From: Escherichia coli
GTDB lineage: Bacteria; Pseudomonadota; Gammaproteobacteria; Enterobacterales; Enterobacteriaceae
NCBI RefSeq assembly: GCF_013122565.1
Contig: NZ_CP053258.1
Direction: 5' to 3' (one strand)
Length of the DNA stretch: 64,000 bases
Shown: positions 33,966 to 47,905 of the stretch, one piece after another
How the letters are laid out: every line of letters starts with the position of its first letter
Position numbering within the stretch: position 1 is the stretch's first letter
Notes under the pieces: model-generated
Seen by the model: only the letters and a program-made list of their open reading frames with translations
What the model was told of the DNA's origin: nothing
The model's database searches: none
Position numbers and translations under genes: made by a program

Positions 33966-34571
33966 CTACTTTAAGCCTTCCGCTGACAGCACGTCTTGTA
34001 CTTCCGGACGTTCAGCCATACGTTGCATAAATGCTGCAATGTGCTCTAACCCTTCCAGATTCAGTTTCACCGCGTATGCCCAGCGCAGAACCGTAAACAG
34101 ATAGGCATCAGCAATTGTAAATCTTTGCCCACAGATCCAGTGCTCATCCTTCAGTGCCTCGTGAACATATTGCAGCTTCTTCTCCAGCTGCGCGCGAACT
34201 GTCGGTTTGTACTCTTCCGGTGTATCAGGGCGAAACAGAGGTGTGAAACCTTTATGCAGCTCGGTGGCGATGTAATTCAGCCATTCGATGGTTTTATAGC
34301 GGGAAATACTGTTTACCGGTGCCAGCAACTGGCGGTCGGGGACGCTGTCGGCAAGATACTGCATAATCGCTACGCCTTCCGTCAGCAAAGTACCGTCATC
34401 CAGCAGCAATGCAGGTACCTGTCCCTTAGGGTTAACGGCAAAGTAATCGTCACCGTTTTCGAGACGTTTTTTCATTAAATCCACACTGACGAGCGTAAAA
34501 TCCTTTCCGCTCTCACGCAGGGTGATATGGGAAGCGAGAGAGCAGGCGCCCGGTTTGTAGAACAATTTCAT
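33966..34571 (-). CDS. gstA: glutathione S-transferase
   Basis: ORF track 201 aa; [22 protein letters not shown] matches GstA. Confidence 0.93.
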   Translation of the reverse strand: MKLFYKPGACSLASHITLRESGKDFTLVSVDLMKKRLENGDDYFAVNPKGQVPALLLDDGTLLTEGVAIMQYLADSVPDRQLLAPVNSISRYKTIEWLNYIATELHKGFTPLFRPDTPEEYKPTVRAQLEKKLQYVHEALKDEHWICGQRFTIADAYLFTVLRWAYAVKLNLEGLEHIAAFMQRMAERPEVQDVLSAEGLK

Positions 34572-34676
34572 CGGTAACTCCTTTTGTCTGTGGTTTAAAG
34601 TATGGTAGTGCGTTGCTGAACAAAAAAAAAGCCGCTAACGAAAAGTTAGCGGCTTGTAAAAGAGTTTCCCTGAATT

Positions 34677-36179
34677 TTACGCTACGGCTGCTTTCGCCGC
34701 TTTGTCTGCAGCGTCATCCTGCGTCATGCGGTGCAGTTTCGGCGCGGTCAGCAGCATCAGTACTGCAATAACGGCAGTAGCGACACCAATCTGCAAGAAT
34801 ACGCGACCATAGACTTCCAGTGACATCAGCGGATCGGTAACGTTATCCGGCACAGCCATCATACCCGCAACATAACCACCAATCAGGTTTGCACCGGCAG
34901 TGGTCAGGAACCAGCTACCCATAATGAAGCCCATCAGACGCTGCGGAACGAGTTGTGCAACCATTGCCAGACCCAGACCAGAGATCATCAGTTCCCCGAT
35001 GCTCTGCAGGCCATAGCTTGCGACCAGCCAGCTTACAGACACGATACCAGCGTCAGACGCGAATTTCGCACCCAGCGGCAGAATCAGGAACGCACCAGAA
35101 CACATCACCATGCCGATTGCAAACTTGGTTGGCATCGGCAGGGTATCGCCCATCTTGTTATAGATAGCGGCCAGAATCGGACTACCGATGATGATCCAGA
35201 ACGGGTTCAGTGCCTGATACTGCTCAGGTTCTACGGCCAGACCCAGAATGGTGTGTTCAACGTTACGAATCGCAAAGAAGTTCAGTGACGTTGGCATCTG
35301 GCTGTACAGCACGAAGAAGATAATGGCTTCGAGCATCAGGATGAAGGCAACGATCATTTTACGACGCGCAGCACCTTTCATCGCGAAGGCTTCTTTACCG
35401 AAGATCACCACGATACCGAAGGCAACAACGCCCAGCGCCATACGCGCAACTTCCTGATTGTGCAGCAGCCAGGTGGCGATAGCGATCAGTGCCACAACAC
35501 CAATAATGGTCAGCAGCAGGTTACGGTAGTTGATAGGCTCGAAGTCTGGTTTTGAACCGTACTGTTTAACCCAGCGTTGGCAGAAGGCGAAGTTAACGAT
35601 AGTGATCAGCAGGCCTACAACGCTCAACGCAAACGCAACGCTCCAGCCGTATTTCGCAGCCAGCCACGGGGTGGCGATCATAGAGAAGAAAGAGCCGATG
35701 TTGACGGACATGTAGTACATGGTGAATGCACCGTCCAGACGTGGGTCGTTTTTCTCATAGCATGTAGAAAGCAGAGAAGACGGGTTAGCTTTAAACAGGC
35801 CGTTACCGACCGCAATAGCCGCCATACCCATATAAACAATACCGGCGTCGTGACCAGACCAGGCAACCAGAGCATAACCAATCGCCAGCACAATAGCGCC
35901 GAGCATAATTACGCGTTTAGTACCCAGTACCTTGTCACCTAACCAGCCGCCGATAGCGACCAGACCATAAACCAGGGCACTAAAGGAAGAGAAAAGGGTG
36001 ATTGAATCCGCTTCAGACATACCCAGTTGTTTAACCAGGTAAACAGCCATAATTCCTTGTAGGCCGTAATAACCAAAACGTTCCCATAACTCAATCGAGA
36101 AGATGAGATAGAACGCCTTCGGTTGTTTGAAAGCGTTCAAACTGACGCTTTCAGTTGGTTTTTGGTTTGCAGTGGACAC
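34677..36179 (-). CDS. dtpA: di/tripeptide:proton symporter DtpA (TppB; POT family)
   Basis: ORF track 500 aa; POT-family signature region ([13 protein letters not shown]). Confidence 0.92.
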
Positions 36180-36789
36180 TTTTACCTCTTTTTTTACATC
36201 CCATATTAACGGGGGTGCTTTCTCGCGTTATGTCTAAAAAACATACGCGCAATTGTTATAGTGGGAGGGGAAACGGCAGGTAATGTTCACTATCTTGCAC
36301 TTTCAGACAAGTCCTTTGTAATAATCTGTTACATATAACTGGGGCGGGGAATTCAACCATTCCGGGAAATGTTATGCAGCGTTAAATTTTTCAAAAAACG
36401 TAACGGCAGATTTTTTCACTGCATTGAGAGGGGGATGATGGCTTAACGGCGATATGTTCTGCTATTTAGCGTTTTTCCTAGTGAGATAGTCCAGTTTCTG
36501 AAAAATAGCCAGTGTAATGTTTTGTAGGTCAATATTTGTTGCGTGTGTAAATTTAAATGATTTTAACCTGATTCTTGCAATGTTTTTACATTGCCACAGC
36601 ATCGTGATCTTGATCACGAATGAATAGAAAATTTCGCTATTAAAAAAACAATTAACCTGCATTTTTGGTTATCCGCAAACGGATTACCTGATGATAACGC
36701 TAAGCAATGGCATCATTGACGTTAAAAAGATGTTTTAAAAGAGGATAAAGAAAGGTTATGAATGGGGTAATCGGTGTTACCCCTTATCA

Positions 36790-37425
36790 TTAGATGTCAA
36801 CTTTCTCTTTGTATTCACAAAGATCTTCAATAATACAAGAGCCACAGCGAGGCTTGCGGGCAATGCAGGTATAACGCCCGTGCAGGATCAACCAATGGTG
36901 GCAGTCGACTTTAAACTCTGCCGGAACCACTTTCAGTAGCTTTTCTTCTACCTGTTCGACGTTTTTCCCCGGCGCAAATTGAGTACGATTACAAACGCGG
37001 AAAATGTGCGTGTCGACAGCAATAGTCGGCCAGCCGAATGCAGTGTTTAATACGACGTTGGCTGTTTTACGACCTACGCCGGGCAGGGCTTCAAGCGCAG
37101 CACGATCTTCCGGAACCTCGCCATTATGCTGCTCCAGTAAGATACGGCAGGTTTTGATGATATTTTCTGCTTTGCTGTTATAAAGCCCAATCGTTTTGAT
37201 ATAGGTTTTCACCCCTTCAACGCCCAGTTCAAGCATCGCTGCAGGCGTATTCGCCACCGGGTAGAGTTTCGCCGTCGCCTTATTAACACTGACATCGGTC
37301 GCCTGAGCGGAAAGCAGTACGGCAATCAACAATTCAAAAGGCGAACTGAAATTAAGCTCGGTGGTGGGATGAGGATTGTTCTCACGCAGGCGAGTGAGGA
37401 TCTCCAGGCGTTTTGCTTTGTTCAT
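36790..37425 (-). CDS. nth: endonuclease III
   Basis: ORF track 211 aa; HhH-GPD motif and C-terminal 4Fe-4S Cys cluster (CIARKPRCGSCIIEDLC). Confidence 0.95.
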   Translation of the reverse strand: MNKAKRLEILTRLRENNPHPTTELNFSSPFELLIAVLLSAQATDVSVNKATAKLYPVANTPAAMLELGVEGVKTYIKTIGLYNSKAENIIKTCRILLEQHNGEVPEDRAALEALPGVGRKTANVVLNTAFGWPTIAVDTHIFRVCNRTQFAPGKNVEQVEEKLLKVVPAEFKVDCHHWLILHGRYTCIARKPRCGSCIIEDLCEYKEKVDI

Positions 37426-38120
37426 CAGACATTCCCTGTTTCACCGTTTGGCAATGCACGTTCGGCAGCTGCTTCAGTACGGCGCTTTTTCATTCTTTCA
37501 TCAATCAGGTATTTTCCTGCCAGCATCAGTCCCAGGCCAATAAATGCACCTGGTGGCAGCATCGCCAACAGGAAAGGGGAGTCGGTGTGGAAAATCTCCA
37601 CGCGTAATACTTTTGCCCAGCTACCTAACAGCGCATCAGCACCGTCAAACAATGTGCCATTGCCGATAATTTCGCGTAGTGAACCCAGCACGAACATGGC
37701 GCAGGTTGCGCCCATACCAATTGAAAAGCCGTCCAGTGCCGAAAGCGCCGGACCTTTTTTGGCGGCGAAGGCTTCAGCGCGGCCCACAACGATACAGTTA
37801 GTGACAATAAGCGGAATAAAAATCCCTAATGATTGATACAGGCCAAAGGCGTAGGCGTTGATCAGCATCTGTACAGCGCTGACCACCGAGGCGATGATCA
37901 TCACGTAAATGGGAATGCGGATCTCGGCTGGCGTCCAGTGACGCAGCGTCGAAATGGTCAGGTTGGTCAGCGTCAGTACCAGCGTAGTCGCAAGTCCTAA
38001 ACCCAGAGCGTTAGTGGCAGTGGACGTGACCGCCAACAGAGGACAAAGGCCGAGCAACTGGACCAGCGCAGAGTTGTTTTTCCACAACCCCTGAACAATA
38101 ACGTCTTTAATTTCGCTCAC
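37425..38120 (-). CDS. rsxE: Rnf-type ion-translocating oxidoreductase subunit RsxE
   Basis: ORF track 231 aa; polytopic; last gene of rsx operon before nth. Confidence 0.9.
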
Positions 38121-38123
38121 GCT

Positions 38124-38744
38124 TTATTCTCCACAGGCAGGAAGTTGAGAAAGTTGTGCCGGTAACGTCTGAGCGTACAATCCGGCGCGTTTTACCGCAT
38201 TAACCACCGCGCGGGGAGTAATCGTCGCGCCGGTGAACTGGTCGAAATCACCACCATCTTTCTTCACCGCCCAGTGCGCATCATCCGCACCACTGATTTT
38301 TTTACCCGCAAAATGGGTGATCCAGTCAGAAAGGCGCAGTTCGATTTTATCGCCAAGCCCTGGCGTTTCGTGGTGCTCTGTCACGCGCGTGCCAAGTACC
38401 GTGCCGTTAAAATCGGCTCCCACCAGCAGCTGAATCGCACCGGAATAGCCATCTGGCGCGGTTGCTTCCAGAACGGCGGCTACCGGTTTGTCATTCTGTT
38501 TGGCGATGTAAACCCGATGCTCACCTTTACCTAACTCTGGCGCAGTTACCAGATAGCAACTCTGTGCCAGCGCATTGTTATAGCGTTCGGCTGGCAGCAC
38601 CTGATCAAATAACGCCTTTTGTTGCAGACTGGCCTGTTCAGCAATCGTCGTTTTGGTCATCTGGTTGATGGCCGCAGTTAACCCTGTTGAACCCGCTGCA
38701 AATAGCGCCAACGTAATGCCGTGTTTTCGGATAGTTTTCAGCAT
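38124..38744 (-). CDS. rsxG: Rnf-type complex subunit RsxG (FMN-binding)
   Basis: ORF track 206 aa; operon position and length. Confidence 0.9.
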   Translation of the reverse strand: MLKTIRKHGITLALFAAGSTGLTAAINQMTKTTIAEQASLQQKALFDQVLPAERYNNALAQSCYLVTAPELGKGEHRVYIAKQNDKPVAAVLEATAPDGYSGAIQLLVGADFNGTVLGTRVTEHHETPGLGDKIELRLSDWITHFAGKKISGADDAHWAVKKDGGDFDQFTGATITPRAVVNAVKRAGLYAQTLPAQLSQLPACGE

Positions 38745-38747
38745 GGT

Positions 38748-39806
38748 TTACCCTTTGCGATGGCCGTAGACGCGCGGACGCGTGTAGTAATCGATCAGAG
38801 GAACCGTGATGTTCGCCAGCAGGACGGCAAAAGCCACGCCGTCAGGATAGCCGCCGAAACTGCGGATCAACCAGACCAATAAGCCCGCCAGCGCGCCGAA
38901 AATAAGACGACCACGATTGGTCGTAGAAGCGGTAACCGGGTCAGTCAAAATAAAGAATGCGCCGAGCATGGTCGCTCCAGACAGCAGATGAATTTGCGGT
39001 GCTGCCAGTGTTTCTGGTGAGAACAACCAGCCCAACGTTGCGCATAACGCCAGCGTTACTAAGAAGCTGAGGGGAATATGCCAGCGAATCGCTTTCTGCC
39101 ATAGCAACCACACCCCGCCAGCCAGCCAGGCGAGATTTACCCATTGCCAACCAGCGCCCGCCAGCATACCGCTGTAGATCGGATATTGCATAATCTGTTC
39201 AACCGAATGACCGGCACGGACAGAGGTTTTAAATGTATCCAGCGGTGTCGCCTGACTAATGCCATCAATACCTAAGCGTAGTGTGTTCATATCACCACCA
39301 CTGGCGGTATGCCCGCTGAAAATAACCTGTATGGCGTCGATAAAACCAGGGATGTTGACCGCAATTTCATGTGGCGGTAACCAGCTGGTCATCTGCACCG
39401 GGAAGGAGATCAGTAAGACCACATAACCAACCATTGCCGGATTAAATGGGTTTTGCCCCAGACCGCCATACAACTGTTTAGCGATGATCACCGCAAACAC
39501 CGTACCCAGCACGACCATCCACCATGGCGCGAGGGGGGGAATACTTACCGCCAGCAATAAGCCTGTCAGCAATGCTGAGTTATCTTTCAACGTTGCGGCT
39601 ACCGACTGCTTGCGTAGTTTGAGTACGAGAGCTTCGGCTAACAGAGCACTAACCGATGCCAACAGGATCTGAACGAGAGTACCCCAACCAAAAAACCACA
39701 GTTGCGCTGCGATTCCTGGCACGGCTGCGAGCAACACCAACAGCATAATGCGCGATGTCTGGCGCTGGTTATGGGTATAAGGGGAGCTAGCTATTCTGAA
39801 TACCAT
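38748..39806 (-). CDS. rsxD: Rnf-type complex subunit RsxD
   Basis: ORF track 352 aa; polytopic membrane protein. Confidence 0.9.
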   Translation of the reverse strand: MVFRIASSPYTHNQRQTSRIMLLVLLAAVPGIAAQLWFFGWGTLVQILLASVSALLAEALVLKLRKQSVAATLKDNSALLTGLLLAVSIPPLAPWWMVVLGTVFAVIIAKQLYGGLGQNPFNPAMVGYVVLLISFPVQMTSWLPPHEIAVNIPGFIDAIQVIFSGHTASGGDMNTLRLGIDGISQATPLDTFKTSVRAGHSVEQIMQYPIYSGMLAGAGWQWVNLAWLAGGVWLLWQKAIRWHIPLSFLVTLALCATLGWLFSPETLAAPQIHLLSGATMLGAFFILTDPVTASTTNRGRLIFGALAGLLVWLIRSFGGYPDGVAFAVLLANITVPLIDYYTRPRVYGHRKG

Positions 39807-42503
<2,697 letters not shown>

Positions 42504-42504
<1 letters not shown>

Positions 42505-43085
42505 TACAACTTCACCAAACCACTAAAGCCCATAAAGGCCAGAGACATAAGACCTGCGGTAATTAACGCAATGGCATTACCGCGAAAAGGTGCCGGGACA
42601 TCAGCCACAGCAAGGCGTTCGCGGATGGCGGCGAAGAGAACCATCACCAGCGAGAAACCGACAGCGGCGGAAAAACCGTACAGCGCCGACTGCAAGAAAT
42701 TGTGCCCGAGATTGATATTCAGCAACGCCACGCCGAGCACGGCACAGTTGGTGGTGATAAGCGGCAAAAAAATCCCCAGCAGACGGTAAAGCACCGGGCT
42801 GGTTTTGCGCACCACCATTTCGGTGAACTGCACAACCACAGCAATCACCAGAATAAACGCCAGGGTGCGCAGGTAAATCAGATTAAGTGGGATCAAAATC
42901 CACGTATCAATAAGCCAGGCGCAAATAGACGCCAGCGTCATCACAAACGTTGTTGCCAGCCCCATGCCCATCGCGGTTTCCAGCTTTTTGGAAACCCCCA
43001 TAAACGGACAGAGACCGAGAAACTTGACCAGTACAAAGTTATTGACCAGTACAGTTCCGACAAACAGTAACAGGTAGTCAGTCAT
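42504..43085 (-). CDS. rsxA: Rnf-type complex subunit RsxA
   Basis: ORF track 193 aa; polytopic; first gene of rsx operon. Confidence 0.92.
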
Positions 43086-43161
43086 TTTTCGGCCTGAAAT
43101 AAAAAAGCCGCCTATTATCCGTTAATCCAGAGCAGGCGACAACAGGTTAACTGTAAGGTTA

Positions 43162-43602
43162 TTACGGATTCACAAACGTCGCTTTTACCCGCGACGAGCG
43201 TTTGAAATAGGGGACGATCAATGCGGTTGCCAACAAAGTAAACAGCAACTGGCGAACGGCTATGCCATCTTCCACGGGTGAAAAAGCGAACGCTTTTACT
43301 GCCAGTAAGACGGAAATAAGCAGCCAGATAATATAGTGTTTAGGAACACAACGCCGACGTTTAAAGAAAGCGATGGTCAACCACAGTGTGTAATACCACA
43401 TGGCGATAGCGGTAATAAAAGAAACGCCCCATAAGATTTGTGTTGTCAGTGCTTGTCCGCCGAGCGTTTGAAATGTTTGCGGAGAAGATAACGCAGCGGT
43501 ATACAGCAACAACGCCAGCGTCGTACTTAACAGAGCGACTAAAAGCCAGGCCAACGGGCCAAGCAACCAGCCTCCAATACGTTGTGGCGTTGTGGTGGTC
43601 AT
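43162..43602 (-). CDS. ydgK: inner membrane protein YdgK
   Basis: ATG (plus CAT 43600-43602) gives 146 aa MTTTTPQRIGGWLLGPLAW...; ORF-track start is an 8-codon extension; hydrophobic. Confidence 0.8.
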   Translation of the reverse strand: MTTTTPQRIGGWLLGPLAWLLVALLSTTLALLLYTAALSSPQTFQTLGGQALTTQILWGVSFITAIAMWYYTLWLTIAFFKRRRCVPKHYIIWLLISVLLAVKAFAFSPVEDGIAVRQLLFTLLATALIVPYFKRSSRVKATFVNP

Positions 43603-43687
43603 AGGTTCTCCAGAATAGCGACGCAAACAGGCAAATCTAATTTTAGGGGCGTTATTATAAGGCTTTTATAACCGATCGCTACTTTCT

Positions 43688-43903
43688 TTATTGGACATAG
43701 TGCCAGACGGACTTCGGTACCTGGCCGAGGTCAAACAAACGCCCGCCAGAAACCAGCTCTGCGCGACGGTGATCGGCAGCACGATACATATTGATCAGTT
43801 CCTGATCGTCCGTCAGGGTGTAATTAAGATGGTCGTAGAGTTTTTCCAGACTTTCGAGTGAACTGATTTTGCGAAATTTTAATAAGTAGTCCTGAACAGT
43901 CAT
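43688..43903 (-). CDS. cnu: Hha-family nucleoid-associated protein Cnu (YdgT)
   Basis: ORF track 71 aa; [50 protein letters not shown] matches Cnu. Confidence 0.92.
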
Positions 43904-44174
43904 AAAAGGTCCATAAAATAATTAATACCAAAGGGGTAGGTATTATTAGTGATGATAAAATTTCACCAAAGTGAACGCTTGTTTTATTACAAAAATAAGA
44001 ATGCGCTGATGGCAAATATTCAGGGATGAAAAACTGCTCTGAAAAGAGTAACGCGCTTTACTATCCCTGACAATCACCAAAAACATCGAACAAGATAATA
44101 AATTCCTGGTTTAATATCCGACAAATGAAAACATGCACCCGGACGAGCAGCATGTCGCTCTACAAGCGCAGAGC

Positions 44175-44300
44175 TTACTTGTGTTGTACCGTAGTACTCT
44201 GTTCAGGTGGCTGATAGTTGTCAATGTGACTCGCCACGCCAAGAAGAATGACTGAAACGACAAGAACGATCCAACCTGTTAATTCAATAAGACGATTCAT
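44175..44300 (-). CDS. blr: small membrane protein Blr (41 aa)
   Basis: Minus-strand ATG at 44300; translation MNRLIELTGWIVLVVSVILLGVASHIDNYQPPEQSTTVQHK, stop at 44175-44177; matches known small protein between cnu and ydgJ. Confidence 0.8.
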   Translation of the reverse strand: MNRLIELTGWIVLVVSVILLGVASHIDNYQPPEQSTTVQHK

Positions 44301-44542
44301 TACAACTCACATCTCTGTTGATTGATCCATTAACTTCAGGGGGTAAATGTTACTTAGCAATAATAGCTCCAGCAAGATTTTTACTGAGGTTTTTGCGATA
44401 TTTAGCTTTTGTCGTTGGAAAAATCGCTATTTTTTTGACTTAAGTTAAACAACATCCCTTATTGCTGGCAGGTTATTAAACTGTTGAGCGAGGGTAAAGG
44501 ATAGTGTCAAATAGCCATCATACTTCAATGAGAGGCAATGAC

Positions 44543-45583
44543 ATGAGCGACAACATCCGTGTTGGGTTGATTGGGTATGGTTATGCGAGCAAAACCTTCC
44601 ATGCGCCCCTGATTGCGGGCACGCCCGGGCTGGAACTGGCGGTAATCTCCAGCAGCGATGAAACAAAAGTAAAAGCCGACTGGCCAACGGTTACGGTTGT
44701 CTCTGAGCCCAAGCATCTGTTTAACGATCCCAACATAGACCTGATTGTCATTCCTACACCCAACGATACCCATTTCCCGTTAGCCAAAGCAGCGCTTGAG
44801 GCGGGTAAACATGTGGTCGTTGATAAACCCTTTACCGTGACACTGTCACAAGCGCGAGAGCTGGATGCACTGGCAAAAAGCCTGGGGCGTGTGCTGTCTG
44901 TATTCCATAACCGTCGTTGGGATAGCGATTTCTTGACGCTAAAAGGTTTGCTCGCGGAAGGCGTGCTGGGTGAAGTTGCTTACTTTGAGTCTCATTTTGA
45001 CCGCTTCCGTCCGCAGGTGCGCGATCGTTGGCGTGAACAGGGCGGCCCAGGCAGCGGTATCTGGTACGATTTAGCACCACATCTTCTTGATCAGGCCATT
45101 ACGCTATTTGGTTTACCGGTCAGCATGACGGTAGATTTGGCACAGTTACGGCCCGGAGCGCAGTCGACCGATTATTTCCACGCCATCTTGTCCTATCCAC
45201 AGCGGCGAGTCATTTTACACGGTACCATGCTGGCAGCCGCTGAGTCAGCACGGTATATCGTGCATGGATCCCGAGGCAGTTATGTGAAATATGGCCTCGA
45301 TCCACAGGAAGAACGTCTGAAAAGTGGCGAGCGTCTGCCGCAGGAAGACTGGGGCTACGATATGCGTGATGGCGTACTTACCCGCGTGGTAGGTGAGGAA
45401 CGTGTCGAAGAAACGCTGTTGACGGTGCCTGGGAATTATCCGGCTTACTATGCGGCGATTCGTGATGCGTTAAATGGCGATGGTGAAAATCCGGTTCCGG
45501 CAAGCCAGGCAATCCAGGTAATGGAGTTGATTGAGCTGGGCATCGAATCCGCCAAACATCGCGCGACTTTGTGCCTTGCATGA
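44543..45583 (+). CDS. ydgJ: Gfo/Idh/MocA-family NAD(P)-dependent oxidoreductase YdgJ
   Basis: ATG at 44543 gives 346 aa MSDNIRVGLIGYGYASKTFHAPLI (Rossmann fold); ORF-track start 44504 is an extension. Confidence 0.85.
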   Translation: MSDNIRVGLIGYGYASKTFHAPLIAGTPGLELAVISSSDETKVKADWPTVTVVSEPKHLFNDPNIDLIVIPTPNDTHFPLAKAALEAGKHVVVDKPFTVTLSQARELDALAKSLGRVLSVFHNRRWDSDFLTLKGLLAEGVLGEVAYFESHFDRFRPQVRDRWREQGGPGSGIWYDLAPHLLDQAITLFGLPVSMTVDLAQLRPGAQSTDYFHAILSYPQRRVILHGTMLAAAESARYIVHGSRGSYVKYGLDPQEERLKSGERLPQEDWGYDMRDGVLTRVVGEERVEETLLTVPGNYPAYYAAIRDALNGDGENPVPASQAIQVMELIELGIESAKHRATLCLA

Positions 45584-45618
45584 AAAATGGATGGTGCAAT
45601 TTGCACCATCCATTTTTG

Positions 45619-46620
45619 TTACTTCGCTGCGGCTTTTTCTCGCAGTGCGCGTTTTTCCTCAGCGCTGAGGAAAGCCATTTCCAGACCATTAATCTGTGCC
45701 TGGCGGATTTGCTCGCGGGATAACCCAGCAGCTGGCGCGGCAACGTTATATTCGTGAATGATATCCACTCCCTGTACGCCGGGATCGTCAGTGTTAATGC
45801 TGGCACGAATGCCATGCTCAAGGAACGTTTTCAGCGGATGGGCAGCCAGCTCTGCCACGGTGCTGGTCTGAATATTGGAGGTCAGACAGGATTCAATACC
45901 AATTTGTTGCTCGGCGAGAAAATCCATCAGCGCCCGATCTTCAATGGCTTTTACGCCATGTCCAATACGCTCCGCCCCCAGTTCACGAATCGCCTGCCAG
46001 ATGCTTTCCGGCCCGGCAGCTTCGCCTGCATGGACGGTAATATGCCAGCCCGCATCACGCGCGCGGTTGAAGTGAGAAAGGAACAGACTTCCAGGGAAAC
46101 CAAGTTCATCACCGGCTAAATCAAGTGCGGTAATCTGGTCACGGTGGGCTAAAAAGGCCTCTAGCTCTTGCTGACAGGCGGCTTCGCCGAAGGTCCGGCT
46201 CATAATGCCGATAAGCTTCGCCTGCACACCAAAGGTGCGGCAACCTTCACGTACGCCATCGATCACCGCTTCGACAACACCTGCAACAGGCAGCTGATGT
46301 GCCATTGCCATGTAGCCTGGTGAAAAACGCAGCTCGACATAGTGCAGGCCGTGACGGGCTGCATCTTCAATGTTTTCAAATGCCACGCGGCGACAAGCAT
46401 CAAGAGAGGCGAGAACTTTAACGCCCCAGTCAAGTTTGGTCAGAAAGCTCACCAGATCGGGTTCGTTGGCAATGACCTGAACGTGGGGAATCAGTGTTTC
46501 CAGGGATTGTGCAGGAAGCGAGATATTATACTGGCGGCCAAGTTCAAGAATGGTCTGGGGACGAATGTTGCCATCAAGGTGGCGATGGATATCAGTTAAT
46601 GGCAGGGTGGTATCAATCAT
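45619..46620 (-). CDS. add: adenosine deaminase
   Basis: ORF track 333 aa; [28 protein letters not shown] matches Add. Confidence 0.95.
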   Translation of the reverse strand: MIDTTLPLTDIHRHLDGNIRPQTILELGRQYNISLPAQSLETLIPHVQVIANEPDLVSFLTKLDWGVKVLASLDACRRVAFENIEDAARHGLHYVELRFSPGYMAMAHQLPVAGVVEAVIDGVREGCRTFGVQAKLIGIMSRTFGEAACQQELEAFLAHRDQITALDLAGDELGFPGSLFLSHFNRARDAGWHITVHAGEAAGPESIWQAIRELGAERIGHGVKAIEDRALMDFLAEQQIGIESCLTSNIQTSTVAELAAHPLKTFLEHGIRASINTDDPGVQGVDIIHEYNVAAPAAGLSREQIRQAQINGLEMAFLSAEEKRALREKAAAK

Positions 46621-46723
46621 GGTCGCACTCTTTTTCTGGATATAAAAGTGCGCACCATTATAAAAACAAAGCAGGGTAAAAATCCACGATTGCGCAACGA
46701 TTTTTTACGTTGCGCAATTGGGG

Positions 46724-47896
46724 TTAGCGAACAGCGCGGATGGCGTTAATTAATCCAGCCACACCTTTTTCCAGTTTCGAACGTGGGCAGCCGGCATTGA
46801 GTCGGACAAAACCACGACCTTCTTCACCGTAGGTATACCCCGGCATGATCGCGACTTTTTCTTGTTCGATAAGTGCTTTTTGCAACGCGTTGTCGTCAAT
46901 ATTCAATGGACGTAGATCAAGCCAGGCCAGATAAGTGGATTGCGGGATCTGCCAGTTGAGTTCAGGAAACGCGGCGTTCATTTTATCTGCGATATACGTC
47001 AGGTTATCTTTCAGATAGACGCGTAAGGCATCTAGCCACGGCGCGCCTTGCTGATAGGCGGCGATATGAGCAGTTAACGCCAGTACCGAAGGGGAAGAAA
47101 GCCCATCACGTCCTTTCAGTGCCGATAAATAGGCATCGCGACAACTGCTATTTTCTATAATCCCGTAAGCACCGGTCAGTGCGGGAATATTGAAACTTTT
47201 CGATCCCGACGTTAGCAACGCCCAGTCTCCCCGCGCCACATTACTCCAGGGAATATGCGGCTGCTTGCCCCAAACCATATCCATATGGATTTCATCGGAA
47301 ATAACCCTCACACCATGACGCTCGCACAGGTCAGCCATGATCTCCAGCTCATCGCACGTCCACACTTTCCCGGTAGGATTCTGTGGACTACACAGGAGCA
47401 TAATTTTACATTCTGGTTTCGCCAACACGGCTTCCAGCTTGCCCATATCGCAAAACCAGCCGTCAGCCTGCTTCTCTAAAGCAACGGGCATTACTGTGCG
47501 CTGATTACCTTCAATGGCCTTGTAAAATGCGTCATAGGCGGGTGTGTGGATCACCACGCCTTCACCTGTTTCAGACCACTGACGAATCAGTTCTGAAACC
47601 ATATAGATGACAGAAGGGCCATACACCACCGACTGAGGATCGATGGCGGTGTAATGCTGGGTGGAAAACCAGTGGGCAATAGCCGCGAGAAACTCATCGT
47701 TTTTCCAGCGGCTGTAGCCAAACACGCCGTGCATCAGGCGCTGATTCAGCGCCTCGATAATACAGGGGGCAGTGGCAAAATCCATGTCTGAAATCGTGAA
47801 AGGTAACAGGTCAGCAGTGCCGAAACGGTCAGCGACATAATCCCACTGCGTACACCATGTGCCATGACGATCCACGACCTTTGAAAAATCGAACAT
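46724..47896 (-). CDS. malY: PLP-dependent cystathionine beta-lyase-like protein MalY
   Basis: ORF track 390 aa; aminotransferase class I fold; downstream of malX. Confidence 0.92.
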   Translation of the reverse strand: MFDFSKVVDRHGTWCTQWDYVADRFGTADLLPFTISDMDFATAPCIIEALNQRLMHGVFGYSRWKNDEFLAAIAHWFSTQHYTAIDPQSVVYGPSVIYMVSELIRQWSETGEGVVIHTPAYDAFYKAIEGNQRTVMPVALEKQADGWFCDMGKLEAVLAKPECKIMLLCSPQNPTGKVWTCDELEIMADLCERHGVRVISDEIHMDMVWGKQPHIPWSNVARGDWALLTSGSKSFNIPALTGAYGIIENSSCRDAYLSALKGRDGLSSPSVLALTAHIAAYQQGAPWLDALRVYLKDNLTYIADKMNAAFPELNWQIPQSTYLAWLDLRPLNIDDNALQKALIEQEKVAIMPGYTYGEEGRGFVRLNAGCPRSKLEKGVAGLINAIRAVR

Positions 47897-47905
47897 ATCT
47901 TATCC

